Program-made: the position numbers and the translations under genes | Assembly (NCBI RefSeq): GCF_009914755.1 | Contig: NC_060934.1 | Source of the DNA: the human T2T-CHM13v2.0 reference genome, Homo sapiens | Strand: one strand, 5' to 3' | DNA length: 64,000 nt | The notes under the pieces: generated by a model | Database searches by the model: none | The model's input: the letters and a program-made list of their open reading frames with translations, nothing else | What the model was told of the DNA's origin: nothing | Shown: positions 1-14,430 of the stretch, piece after piece | Numbering within the stretch: the stretch's first letter is position 1 | How the letters are laid out: the number at the start of each line of letters is the position of its first letter

Positions 1-2762
1 GAAAATCTAGAAGAAATGGATAAATTCCTGGACACATACACCCTCCCAAGACTAAACTAGGAAGAAGTTAAATCTCTGAATAGACCAATAAGAGGTTCTG
101 AAATTGTGGCAATAATTAATAGCATACCAACGAAAAAAGTCCAGGACCAGACAGATTCACAGACGAATTCTACCCGAAGTACAAAGAGGAGCTGATACCA
201 TTCCTTCTGAAACTATTCCAATCAATAGAAAAAGAGGGAATCCTCCCTAACCCATTTTATGAGGCCAGCATCATACTGATACCAAAGCCTGGCAGAGACA
301 CAACAAAAAAAGAGAATTTTAGACCAATATCCCTGAAGAACACCGATGCAAAAATCCTCAATAAAATACTGGCAAACCGAATCCAGCAGCACATCAAAAA
401 GCTTATCCACCATGATCAAGTCAGCTTCATCCCTGAGATTCAAGGCTGGTTCAACATACACAAATCAGTAAACATAATCCATCACATAAACAGAACCAAC
501 GACAAAAAACATACAATTATCTGAATAGATGCAGAAAAGGCCTTCGACAAAATTCAATAGCCCTTCCTGCTAAAAACTCTCAATAAACTAGGTATTGATG
601 GAATGTATCTCAGAATAATAGGAGCTATTTATGACAAACCCACAGCCAATATCATACCGAATGGACAAAAACTGGAAGCATTCCCTTTGAAAACCGGCAT
701 AAGAAAAGGATGCCCTCTCTCACCACTCCTATTCAACATAGTGTTGGAAGTTCTGGCCAGGACAATTAGGCAAGAGAACGAAATAAAGGGTATTCAGTTA
801 GGAAAAGAGGAAGTCAAATTGTCCCTGTTTGCAGATGACATGATTATATATTTAGAAAACCCCCTTGTCTCAGCCCAAAATATCCTTAAGCTGATAAGCA
901 ACTTCAGCAAAGTCTCAGGATACAAAATCAATGTGCAAAAATCACAAGCATTCCCATACACCAATAACAGACCAACAGAGAGCCAAATCATGAGTGAACT
1001 CTCATTCACAATTGCTACAAAGAGAATAAAATACCTAGGAATCCAACTTACAAGGGATGTGAAGGACCTCTTCAAGGAGAACTACAAACCACTGCTCAAT
1101 TAAATAAAACAGGACACAAACAAATGGAAGAACATTCCATGCTCATGGATAGGAAGAATTTACATCATGAAAATGGCCGTACTGCCCAAGGTAATTTATA
1201 GATTCAAAGTCGTCCTCACCAAGCTACCAATGACTTTCTTCACAGAATTGGAAAAAACTACTGTAAAGTTCATATAGAACCAAAAAGGAGCCTGCATAGC
1301 CAAGATAATCCTAAGCAAAAAGAACAAGGTATCACACTACCTGACTTCAAACTAAACTACAAGGCAACAGTAACCAAAACAGCATGGTACTGGTACCAAA
1401 ACAGATATATAGACCAATGGAACAGAACAGAGGCCTGAGAAATAACACATCCACAGCCATCTGATCTTTGACAAACCTAACAAAAACAAGAAATGGGGAA
1501 AGGATTCCCTATTTAATTAATGGTGCTGGGAAAACTGGCTAGCCATATGTAGAAAGCTGAAACTGGATCCCTTCCTTACATCTTATACAAAAATTAATTC
1601 AAGATGGATTAAAGACTTAAATGTAAGACCTAAAACCCCAAAAACCCTAGAAGAAAACCCAGGCAATACCATTCAGGACATAGGCATGGGCAAAGACTTC
1701 ATGACTAAAACACCAAAAGCAATGGCAACAAAAGCCAAAATAGACAAATGGGATCTAGTTAAACTAATGACCTTCTGCACAGCAAAAGAAACCATCATCA
1801 GAGCGAACAGACAAGCTACAGAATGGGAGAAAAATTTTACAATCTACCCATCTGACAAAGGGCTTATATCCAGAATCTACAAAGAGCTCAAACAAATTTA
1901 CAAGAAAAAAACAAACAACCCCATCAAAAAGTGGGCAAAGGATATGAACAGACACTTCTCAAAAGAAGACATTTATGCAGCAGCCAACACACACTTGAAA
2001 AGATGCTCATCATCACTGGTCATCAGATAAATGCAAATCAAAACCACAATGAGATACCATCTCATGCCAATTAGAATGGTGATCATTAAAAAGTCAGGAA
2101 ACAACAGATGCTGGAGAGGATGTGGAGAAATAGGAACGCTTTTACACCGTTGATGGGAGTGTAAGTTATTTCAACCATTATGGACGACAGTGTGGCAATT
2201 CCTCAAGGATCTAGAAGTAGAAATGCCATTTGACCCAGCCATCCCATTACTGGGTATATACCCAAAGGATTATAAATCATGCTACTATAAAGACACATGT
2301 ACACGTGTGTTTATTGTGACACTATTCTCAATAGCAAAGACTTGGAACCAACCCAAATGTCCATCAATAATAGATTGGATTAAGAAAACGTGGCACATAT
2401 ACACCATGGAATACTATGACGCCATAAGAAAGATGAGTGCATGTCCTTTGCAGGGACATCGATGATGCTGGAAACCATCATTCTCAGCAAACTATCACAA
2501 GGACAGAAAACCAAACACCACATGTTCTCACTCATAGGTGGGAATTGAACAATAAGAACACATGGACACAGGGCAGGGAACATCACACTCTGGGGCCTGT
2601 TGGGGGTTGGAGGACTGGGGAAGGGATAGCATTAGGCGAAATACCGAATGTAAATGACGAGTTGATGGGTGCAGCAAGCCAACATGCCACATGTATGCCA
2701 ATGTAACAAACCTACATGTTGTACACATGTGCCCTAGAACTTAAAGCATAATTTTTAAAAAA
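1..2762 (+). mobile_element. L1PA (about L1PA5-like) LINE-1, ORF2 3' part + 3'UTR, inactive; 5' part outside window
   Basis: ORF fragments 603-1103 ([24 protein letters not shown]), 1686-2030 and 2190-2465 are L1 ORF2 pieces broken by stops and frameshifts. Typical primate L1 3'UTR with G-rich tract (about 2590-2630) ending CCCTAGAACTTAAAGCATAAT plus a short A tail. Confidence 0.97.
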
Positions 2763-3250
2763 TTGAAATCAAGATCTTGAAGAGATATCTGCCCTCCCAT
2801 GTTAATTGCAGCAATATTCGTAATAGTCAAGATATAACAAGCACCTAATTGCCCATTGATCATGACTAGATAAAGAAAAACATGGTATATACACATAATG
2901 GTGGAGTAGTGTTTGGCCTAAAAACAGAAGGAAATTTTGCTACATGCATTACGCTAAGTGAAATAAGCCAGTCATGGAAGGACAAATACATAATTTCACT
3001 TACATGAGGTATCTAAAATAGTCAAATTCACAGAGAGTAAATGGTGGTTGCCAGGCATTGGGTGAGGAGGAAAGAGAAAATTGCTTTTTAATAGCTATAA
3101 AGATTCATTTATAAAAGATAAATAAATCCTACAGATCTGTGTACAACATTGTGCCTATAGTTAATAATACTGTTTTGTGCACTTAAAATTTTGTTAAGAA
3201 GTAGATCTCATGTTAAGGGTTCTTACCATAATAAAAATATTTTAATAAAA
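2763..3250 (+). mobile_element. Older L1M (L1MA/L1MB-type) 3' end, target of the L1PA insertion
   Basis: Diverged ORF2-end/3'UTR motifs (AAGAGATATCTGC..., CTAAGTGAAATAAGCCAGTCA, ...GTAGATCTCATGTTAAGGGTTCTTACCATAATAAAA). Confidence 0.8.
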
Positions 3251-3254
3251 ACTT

Positions 3255-4250
3255 TAGAATTCCAGCTAATAAATGAAAAAGGAATAACAGAATATTACTA
3301 TTTTACAATCTCTGTTGAACAAATAGATCTATGTAATAATCATCAGTGACTACTAAAGCATTAGATGAATAGTTGACAGGGAACTTGATAATGGGTGAAT
3401 CAGGCCAACCACACTTAAATCTAAGGATCAATCTTAACACCATAACGAAGAGATATTAGATATTATGGGCTTCCTGATAGAATGCAGTAGAAGGAACTCA
3501 GCATCTTGAATGAAGTATTCTTGCCAAAACATCAAACCTGGATCTGATCAAAACTCTATGCCTAGAAATAGCTTACAGGAAGCAAAGGATCAGAGGAAAA
3601 TTTTAAGCCATATCATGGAGATGCATTCAACAACATCCAAAAGTGGGAAATTCCACAGGACAAATAACCCAGTTTCTTTAACAAATAGAATACAAGTGGA
3701 AAATAGAAGAGAAAGTCTATCTTCAAAAGTATCTTCAAAGGTCCACTTCAGAGTGTCTTTTGGTAGTCTGCACCAGTCTTTCAAGTTTAAAGGAATTGTA
3801 GACTTATATTAATCTACAATTAATTTTTCGATACAATATGAGGAACTACTTTTGATCCTGTTTCAAAAATTGACAGTGTGTGTGTGTGTTTGTGTTTGTG
3901 TGTGCATATTGAATTTGGTGTTGACTGGTATTTGATTCGAAGTCATCAAATTTTTGCTAACTTTTTGAAGTAGAATGATAGCATTATAGCATTTTTTTTT
4001 AGTGCGTCTCTTTTAGAGTTACACTGAGATGAATTATATGATGTTTGAGATTTGCTTCAAGATGATCCATGAGGGTGGGGTATAACTGGGAGTATAAGTA
4101 AATAAACTCTGGCTTTATGCTAGTAACTGCTGACACTGAGCCTGAGCGACACATACAGGGAAGTCCATTAATTATTCTCTTGACTTTTGTGTATGTTTGG
4201 AAATTTACATAACATAATGCTAAACAATAAAAAACATTAAAATATAGAAT
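3255..4250 (+). mobile_element. Ancient L1MC/ME-type 3'UTR fragments
   Basis: Resembles old L1M 3' regions (CCAGCTAATAAATG...GAACAAATAGATCTA...; end TTTTGTGTATGTTTGGAAATTTACATAA). Boundaries approximate. Confidence 0.55.
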
Positions 4251-4984
4251 TAGATACAAAAAAATCCTACTGAGGTTTTGATCAGGCTGCATTGAATTTA
4301 TACACTGATTAATTTAAGCTATTGATTCTTTCAATTCAAAAATGTATCTCTGTTCATTCTGTCCCTCAATAACATTTCTCTTGTCATTAGCATTGCCACT
4401 TTCATTTCTATTTTCTAGGTATAAACTGTGCACATTTCTTAAGCTTACTCAGAGGTAAGTTATAATTTGTGAGATTTTTTTCAATTTCACTAATTTGTAA
4501 GTCTTTTTGTGTTTTAGTAACAATAAGCAGTTTGAAAACAAATATGAAGCAATTGCTTTTGTATACTTACTTTGTAATTTTCCTAGTTGTTATACTCTTT
4601 TTCTGGTACTAATAACTTTTCACTTGAGCCTCTTAGATATTTCAGGTAGACAATCCATAATCTACAAATAAATACTTCTTTTTCTCCTCTCTTTGAAAAA
4701 TATGTGCTGACAACTGTATTGAAAGGGTTGATATCCTTTCAGTTGCTTCCTGAAATCCTTATTTTGAGAGGATTTCCATCTTAAAGCAAAGAAAAACTTG
4801 TATTATGTTCCTGCCAGACTTCTAGCTCTCAATATCCCATGTTAGGAACTTTCAGATTTATATACCTGATGAGTTTGCGCAATGATTTAAGTTTTCTATT
4901 CACTCTACCATCAATTATAGTTCAGAGAACATCATCAATATCAAGTAGTTGGGAATATCTACCCCAACAGATATCAAAACATAT

Positions 4985-5850
4985 GTGCCACTACCACTGG
5001 AAGATTAGATAAGTGAAGGCTTCCTTGATTCTTATTTTCAAGCTGATGAAATAAGGTAATTAAATTAAAAGAAACCCAGACTGTCCCTTGTCATAAAGCA
5101 AATATGGTGAAGGCTATCATAGGAACTGACCAAAAAAATTAAAGCCAATCTCAAAACATCCATATGAATTTTCTTAACATGAGGGATGTATTTTGTAGAG
5201 AAGTTACATTATGATTTCAGAAGACATTATCTTGGCTTCACTACACATAGCACATCTGGGAATTGTCTACTTGAAAGTCTTGGCTAGAAGTTCTATTTGA
5301 TGGCCTCAAATTAATTCTGATATTGAAAAGTCTAAAGGAAGTTAGTACATGCCACATGCCAGGCTACTTGGCATAACTGAGTAAGACACCTAATTTTCCA
5401 GTGGGAAAAGACCAAAAGAGTTGGACCAGGACTTCACATTGATCTTGTTATGAGATGAAAACTTTGCCCTTTAGTATACTGCTTCTCACAGTGACATCAA
5501 GTCTTTCACTTCTACCTCAAGCCTCTGGGATGACAATGTGACTCCATGCCAGTTTCTTGTAGCATACAGGCTGCCAGACACAATTATTTCTGACAACAGG
5601 CTCACATTTCTTTCAGTCAAGTTAGGGTATTTGTGGACAAGGATCTCATCAAAGCTGTCACCATTGCATTTCACCTGCTTTACCGAATGTTTAGAATGAA
5701 AGGCTGGTGCAGACTACCAAAGACACTATGAAGTGGTTTTTCATCGTCCAATATGTTATGGATGTTCTCTAAGAAGTCCTGGTCATGCTGAATACTACTT
5801 AGGTTAAGTTTCCTAACTTGTGTCAACCATCTCTATCGAGCATAAACTGA
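4985..5850 (+). mobile_element. Decayed Ty3/Gypsy LTR-retrotransposon pol fragment (linker + HHCC + DDE integrase), non-coding fossil
   Basis: Manual translation: 5121-5330 RN*PKKLKPISKHPYEFS*HEGCIL*RSYIMISEDIILASLHIAHLGIVYLKVLARSSI*WPQINSDIEK; 5341-5362 VSTCH-CQ; 5402-5446 WEKTKRVGPGLHIDL; 5565-5621 YRLPDTIISDNRLTFLSVK; 5698-5733 ERLVQTTKDTMK. Motifs and their order match Gypsy integrase. Confidence 0.85.
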
Positions 5851-6465
5851 GAACTTATAAAATGAATAAGAGTATTCTAGCTGCTGCTATGGCTAGATTA
5901 ATCATTGTTTTTTTTAAAAAAAATTCATTTTTATTATAGTAGTTTTGCTTTGCTGGCACTTAATTCAGGTTTTGCCCCTGTAAGTTGAGTCTGGATAGTG
6001 CCATTTTTATGGAGTCACAAAGCACCCTGTGCTTTTTTCATGCTAGCACTCCCTACACACATTGTAACAAGTGTTTATGATATGCCAGATTAGATTGTAA
6101 ATGCCACAAGTGTGGAAATGTATCTTTTCTCTTAATTCTTCAGCACCTAGAATGGGAAGTAGCACATGGTAGACATATGAGGACCAGATTACAAACAGTC
6201 ATTTAAATGAGGCTTCTTCAAGCTGGATTTTAAAGCCAGCCTTCTTGACACGGTATTGTTGGCAAGTTTTTATTTATTTATTTAGGCTACAGGTATTTCC
6301 AGTAAGGTCCTCATTGAAAGCCCACTTAAGCTAGGAGCCACTTGCGATAATACTAGAGGTAAGAAACAGGAAGAGTAAACAGCTCCAAATAAGGAATTGT
6401 CCCCAAATTGCCCCTGTACATGTTGACAAACACCCCAAATCAGGAGTAAATACAAGATCACTACC

Positions 6466-6765
6466 AGCCGGGCGCGGTGGCTCATTCCTGTATTCCCTGC
6501 AATTTAGGAGGCCAAGGCAGATGGATCACCTGAGGCTGGGAGTTCGAGACCAGCCAACACAGAGAAACCCCATCTCTACTAAAAATACAAAAATTAGCAG
6601 GGCATGGTGGCACATGCCTGTAATCCCATCTACTCAGGAGGTTGATGCAGGAGAATTGCTTGAACCCAGAGGTGGAGGTTGTGGTGAGCCAAGATTGCAC
6701 CATTACACTCCAGCCTGGGCAACAAGACCAAAACTCCATCTCAAAATAAATAAATAAATAAATAA
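6466..6765 (+). mobile_element. Alu (AluSp/Sq-like) with (TAAA)n tail
   Basis: Dimeric Alu sequence; TSD ATCACTACC at 6457-6465 and 6766-6774. Confidence 0.97.
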
Positions 6766-9700
6766 ATCACTACCTTCGGACACAAATGAAATTTCCTTCA
6801 GAACAGGAAATTTCCTCCAACCAATTACTCAGATTGGAAGCAAATAAGAGAGCAATAAAAATCCATCTGCAACACTTGTTAGTCAAATAGAGACCAAATG
6901 GTGAAAAATACACCAGTACTCTGGTTAATTGGCCCAAATTTTGAGTGAGTTTCATGCTTAGTACATACTTTCCGCTTGCACTTATCACATCTTGGGTAAC
7001 AGATTTGTGAATCAACTACAGGTATTCCCAGAGAACCATAATTATGATAATGATATAGCCATTAGGAGTAGCTACTTCTGCATCATCTTAATGTTTTCTT
7101 TTCAACACACATATATTGAGTATCCATTATCTGTTAAAAGTAGAATTCAGAGATGAATGAAACACCACAATCCCTGAATTTAAAGAATATTCTATGGGGA
7201 AAAGGGCAAATAAACAATTTAATACTATGCATTTATATGGCATATATAAATGGTTTATAAAAGTGCTTATGAGGAAGTCACCAAAATCCCTAGAAAATGT
7301 TTATGAAGATTATAATGTTTTAGATACATCTTATAGAAGATTTCACCAGATAAAAACTAAAGGAAGACTATTCCAATAAGAGAGAGTAGCATAAACAGTG
7401 ATTTAAAGTCAGCTAGAAAATGGCTTGTTCGGGGAATAATAAATAATAAATACTTACAGTGTGGCTGTATTGCAGGTATGCATAGCATCTTGGTTAGTAA
7501 GTGCAAGTAATGACAAAAGGGTAGATTTAAGCCAGATGGTAAATAATCTTTGTATCAAGTTGAATTCTTTGTCCTTCATGGCCTCGCTTAAAGCATCTGC
7601 CAAGTCTTATACAATATGACTCTACCAACTTTATCACTACCCTTAACCATCACTTCTGCTGGAAACTTAGGGTGATCACCTTTTCCTAGAATAGCCAACT
7701 CATAAGCCAGATAGCAACCTATAAGATGGCATGGAAAAAAAATCAGAATTTTATTCTCTAGAATTTTAAACAGAAAACTATCAAAAGAATGAACTGATTT
7801 TCAGTACAACTAAGACAGTCACAAGGTAGCATGTAGGCATTGAAGATAACATGTAAAGCCAACTCCATGGCGAGCAAAAACCATGAATAAGCTAGAGCTG
7901 TGAGGCAGAACAGAGGTGAACACAAGACAGGTGACGTGGAGAAAAGCAAAGTGGCAGAGCACTGAAATGAAGCTATGGATGCCTCTCCAGTTTGGTTTCC
8001 GCTCTTCTTGAAAACCAATTGTTTGCCTTTAACAAAAATATAAACAAAATGACAACCTTGTGCGTCATGACAATGAGTCGCTATTTAACCAGAGGTCACA
8101 GTGAGCTATTCATGGGATTTAAAGAAGACAGCAACGTAAGCAATTTTAGATAGTATATTGGGAAAGTAGTAAGACCATTCTGAAGTTGCCCTTTGAGCCA
8201 TTCCACTGAGGCCTAACCAAATTTCAAACAAGAAGGAAGCAATAATTCTTTTGTTTACCTTGTTACTTGAAGGGGAATAACTTTCTACTTAAAATATTAT
8301 GCTAGCCATGTGGAAGATAGATTATGTGTGCTAGAATATTAGTAATTTCTTTCCTTTTCAGAGCCAATTATGCACGTTTCAGTTACTTAAGGGAAAGTCT
8401 GTATAATTCAACATTAATAAAGACCGTTCTATACATTTCCAACAGTAGGAGGAACTTAAAAGAATTGTTTTGCCCATGGCAAAGAATGCCATGCATTAAA
8501 TTCAAGTTAATAAAAAATTTGTATAGTTCCCAATATTAGTAAGGATTACTTTTGGATGGCGAGATCATGGTTCATGTTTTATAATAAATATATATCACTA
8601 TTATAATGCAAAGAAAACAAACTTAGAGAATAATTGAAGACTTGTTTGTTTCCTTTCTATTTAACAAAACAGATTTTAAGTCCTAGTGGTCTAGTTAAAT
8701 CTATATGAGGTTAGGAAAAAAGTTATATAAAGTGTCAACTACTGTTTTTCACATTGTACAAAAACATTGATTTGACTTCAAAGAAGACAGAATGATTATA
8801 AGAAATAGACTAATCTCAAAGGATCTAGGCTCTACTCAAAGTCTTGTATCTGTGTCGTATATTAATTGAACCAGTTACTTCATCTCTCTGGTCTACATTT
8901 TTAAATCTGTAAAATGTGAATTGGACAAAATAATCTCAAAATCCCAATTACGTGAGTCTCTTAAGCCTTTATGTCACTACTACTTGGTATTACTACAATA
9001 TTTTCCAAGTTTAACTTGCAAAGCTTGTAAGCCACTTGAAATTATGTAAAACCTCTCAAGTCGTTTAGAACTACCCACAGAAAATATATAAAGCCTAAGA
9101 ATCAGGACTAATGGCCTGAACATATAATGACATGTTTAACTGTTTTGGTTTCTCTAGGCAGAAGCCTAGAGTATTTCAAAAGGAAAACACAATGATTGAA
9201 AATTGAATACACTAAATCAAAAATATTTTCATGACTTTAACTAAATAGAAAAAGTCTGGCCTCAAATATAGCCAATGAAGAGAAGAAATTTTACATTACT
9301 ATTACCAGATTTTGCATACAGGCCCATACTGCATCATCAGAAGATTACAGATTTGGATTATACATAAGTGGTTGCCTATTTGAAGTTTAAATTTACTTGT
9401 AAACCTCTACTTCCTAGAGTTGTAAACACACACTCACCCTCACACACCACACCACCACCAGAACCATACACATATGTATCAAATTCAGGTTTTCTAGTTT
9501 TTTACTATAAAATAACAAATACAAATTTGAAAATAGCAAAGTATTCCAAAGCATAAATGATAATAATTAAAAACAAAATCTTGATACAAAAAAGTAGGAA
9601 AATGAATACAGATACCAATAGGGTATAGTTTGTTTCTTTTAAAAGTTTACATAAAATTCTATTCTATTTCATTAAAAATTAAAAGTTCTTTTTTTTAGAA

Positions 9701-10078
9701 GAAACACTGGGCTCAGGAAAATTAAACACCTGTAAGATATTGAAAACATTTAAGTTTGCAAAGTTATAATAAATACAAAGTATAAGATGCCAAAGCAAAT
9801 TTAGTGTGCATGAACACAACACCAGGAAGAGTCATCCTATTTCCACCAAATACATTCCCTCAATATCTATAGTAAGATATAACCCCCAAGAACGGTAGTA
9901 AAAAATATTTTTTCCTAGCATTTTTGGAGGCTGCTGGGCTTGCTGATATTAGCAGGTTGGTCTAGGCTAAAAGGAGGATGTGGGAGAAACCTCATCAAAG
10001 TGATGATTCAAAATTCATAAATAAATGAACACACGGGGGAACATTTTAATCACTCCCACAGTAGAGTAAATGAAATAA

Positions 10079-10617
<539 letters not shown>

Positions 10618-11116
10618 TCAACCTTGGGCTACAGTCTTAATTCATACGGCATCCTTCCAGTATCATCTGCCATGCCTGAAATCTGTCATGAGAAATCCAT
10701 ATCTGAAACACGGCAGATTGATCGCATGCTTTTATTGTCTCTTTCACGTCAAAACTCAAGCAATGACAAATGAATACAAATGAGGATAGAGAAAAGAGGA
10801 ATGAATGAACAATTTCTACAAATTTTTGGAGAACAGAATACATGGTAGAGTCAAGGCAGCTACAGTCTAAGTGCTTACTGAAGGGGGACCTTATGTCGCG
10901 CCATAAAAGTCATGAGAAGCACCAGAAGTAGGGGTCACAAAAAAGATGGGGACTGATCTTCATAGAGCGAGATCAACTGCCAGATTTCGGTCTTTACCCC
11001 AAGCAATCAAAAGACTACCCCATCCCTCTAACAGAAAAGAGTTTATTTTCTGGCAAATTCAAACCTGAAAAGCTACACTGAAGTATACTAGGCATAGCAG
11101 TGAGACTTGGGACTGA

Positions 11117-11602
<486 letters not shown>

Positions 11603-11918
11603 GGCAGGGTACTTTCTATCAGTTTTTAGTGATTCACTCATTAATATGAATGAACACAGAAGAATCTTAACCGTAGAGAAACGCCTCCAACATGAAATGG
11701 GCCAACACGAACTGGCTAAATTACCTCAGAAGAAGTAGTGGCACCGCAGCAAGCAGTATACCACCAAAAAAAAAAAAAACTGCAAATAATATCCTCACAG
11801 TGAGAAAAAATGGCACATCCATGAGAGTAACAGTATGCTATGAAGAAGGGGCAAAAAGACAACTTAAAAAGAGCTCATGGAGCTAACCAATATGATCACC
11901 TAAATTAGGATGGGAGTT

Positions 11919-12070
11919 GGGGGATCAGCAAACTGTTTCTGTAAAAGGCCACGTAGTAAATATTCTAAGTTGCAGGATTTGCCATCTCTCAACTCTGCCA
12001 TTGTAGCTTGAAGACAACCATAGACAATGCATAAAAGAATGCACATGAATGTTTCTTTATTTACAAAAAC
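11919..12070 (+). mobile_element. MER58-like hAT-Charlie MITE fragment
   Basis: GGGGATCAGCAAACTGTTTCTGTAAAAGGCCA...GTAAATATT...CTCTGCCATTGTAGC...CCATAGACAAT...TTTATTTACAAAAAC resembles the MER58A consensus. Confidence 0.7.
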
Positions 12071-12918
12071 TTAATTTTATTTATATTGCTTGACCCAGTG
12101 GTATCATTGCTGGATTTGATTGTGCCATAATCTTCTGACATCTGGCCAAAATTTGTAATAAATAAATAAAAGATTGGATCATAAAGCATAGACATTACTC
12201 TGTAGGATGGAAAGAGATAAAGAGATGGAAAATAGGAAAGAAAAACCAAAGGATCAATCCAGGAAATCCAAAATTTGTCCAATAGAAGTTTCAGAGAAAG
12301 AGAACAAAGAAAAATGTGGAGAGATCATTTTTTGAAACATACAATACATTTGTATAGAACTGAAGGACACGTCTCCATATTTAAAAAGCTCACTGACTGC
12401 CCAAAAACTAACGAGAAAAAAAAAAAAAGCACGAACCAAAGTATATCTGTAAACAATTTCCGAATACCAGGAGGGAAGAAAGTATCATACAGAGGAAAAA
12501 AATAGATCATACACAAAGAAATAAGAATCAGAATATTGTCTGATTCTCTACAGTGACAGTGGTATGGGAAGACAGTAATTCAATGTCTCAAAGATTCTGA
12601 GGGAAAATTATTTACCACCCAGAATTATATTACAGCAATCTATCAATCAGTAATACTGGACTAAAAAACTTAGACATGAAATTTTTATTTCACATGCACC
12701 CTTTCCTAAAAATCTATTAGTGGAAGGTGCTTCAACAAAATGAGTGGTAAACTAAGAAAATAAATACATGGAATCCAGGAAATAGGGATCCTGTTCTGGA
12801 AAATGGTGAAGTACTAGGTACATAGCTAGAATTGGATATTGGAGCCAAGAAATGGAGTGCTGCAGGCAAATAGGATTATCTGAAATGCCTGAGTGTTTGG
12901 AAAGCTTCGGCATTTGAC

Positions 12919-12925
12919 ATATATA

Positions 12926-12958
<33 letters not shown>

Positions 12959-12973
12959 TATATACATATATAC
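12919..12973. repeat. Compound (TA)n(CA)n microsatellite next to Alu tail
   Basis: Directly visible. Confidence 0.95.
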
Positions 12974-12974
12974 A

Positions 12975-13270
<296 letters not shown>

Positions 13271-13969
13271 TTGACATATATTTTTAAATGTTGGGACAAA
13301 CAACAAGCCCTAGATACAGACAAAAAAGCAAATGTAAAAGAGGTAGAGAGAGAAAGAAAATAGGAACAATCCTTAAACTGCAAGAAAAGCAAAACGCTGA
13401 ATGAGAATGGCAACACAGTCTAGTACACCACTTAATTCATCAGTGTCTTTGTTTACACAGTGATTGTGAGTCATATCGCCTATTTATTTAATACTGTAAT
13501 AATAACATATTAACATGGGAAGCAGGGAGAGTAAATGATACTGAATCCTCAGTTAAAATAGCAAGAAATTAAAATATCAACAAAATTCAAAAATATTATA
13601 AGAATTAAACAGTAGCTAAAATAAAATGATTGCACCTAAAAAGAGTAATTGGTAAGAAATTGAGAGGGAAGAGCAAGGATGAATGTTTTTAATACAGGCC
13701 TTTTCTCCTATTTGCTTTTTAAGCTACAGTATGTGCATAAAATGCAGTTCTCTGTGCTTCCTTAATACTTTCCATTTCTCAGACTCACCTATTAAATTTC
13801 AAGAATCCTGAGAAAGCTAATACTATAAGCCATTATCAGCTAATACCATAGGATTCATTTGTTGATAAGTGGAAAAATGTCCAAAAAGAACTGGGTCACC
13901 ACAGGCACCTGGAGACAAAGTGGAAATGAAAGAAAATCAGTAAGGAAGAGGTAAGGAGGTGCTGGGGGG

Positions 13970-14060
13970 AAATTGAATTGCAGGACACTCAGTTGATGTC
14001 CAGAGAGTTGGAGAATTGGTTGGTATGGAAAAACTCCACACCCTGGTGTCAGAAGTGTGG
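13970..14060 (+). mobile_element. MER21-like LTR fragment
   Basis: GAATTGAATTGCAGGACACTCAGTTGATGTCC...GGAGAATTGGTTGGT...GGTGTCAGAAGTG resembles the MER21 3' part. Confidence 0.5.
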
Positions 14061-14194
14061 AGTATATAAAAAAACAATTTTCTTTTCCTTTTTAATGGTG
14101 GCCAATGAAAACCCAAAAGGAGATTACATCTAAGGTGACAGGATTATGTGAGTTGCTCCCTACTTGCTCTCCAACGTCAACAACTCAGAAAGGG

Positions 14195-14430
14195 ATTTTT
14201 CTGGCCACAGTATCAAATGGTCATTGCCCTCATCCTTGTTAGTCTTCTTCACAGCACTTATTACTAGTTGACATTGCAGTGTGTAGCTATTTTTATTTTT
14301 TACCATCTCATCAACAAGAATGCAAGAAGTCCTCCAGTGGAAGGCACTTTGTCTTATTCTCTACTGTATCCCCAGCACGAAGAACAGTGTAAGAGTTTAA
14401 TAAATACTCATTGAATAAACAAGTTAATTT
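14195..14430. mobile_element. L2 3' end fragment
   Basis: CTTCACAGCACTTATTACT...CTGTATCCCCAGCAC...AATAAATACTCATTGAATAAA is typical of the L2 terminus. Confidence 0.6.

Noticed and set aside
603-2465. L1 ORF2 fragments as functional genes
   Set aside because: Multiple stops and frameshifts; dead L1 copy.
5121-5733. Gypsy integrase as an intact domesticated gene (GIN/SCAND/NYNRIN-like)
   Set aside because: At least four in-frame stops and several frameshifts; kept only as a fossil.
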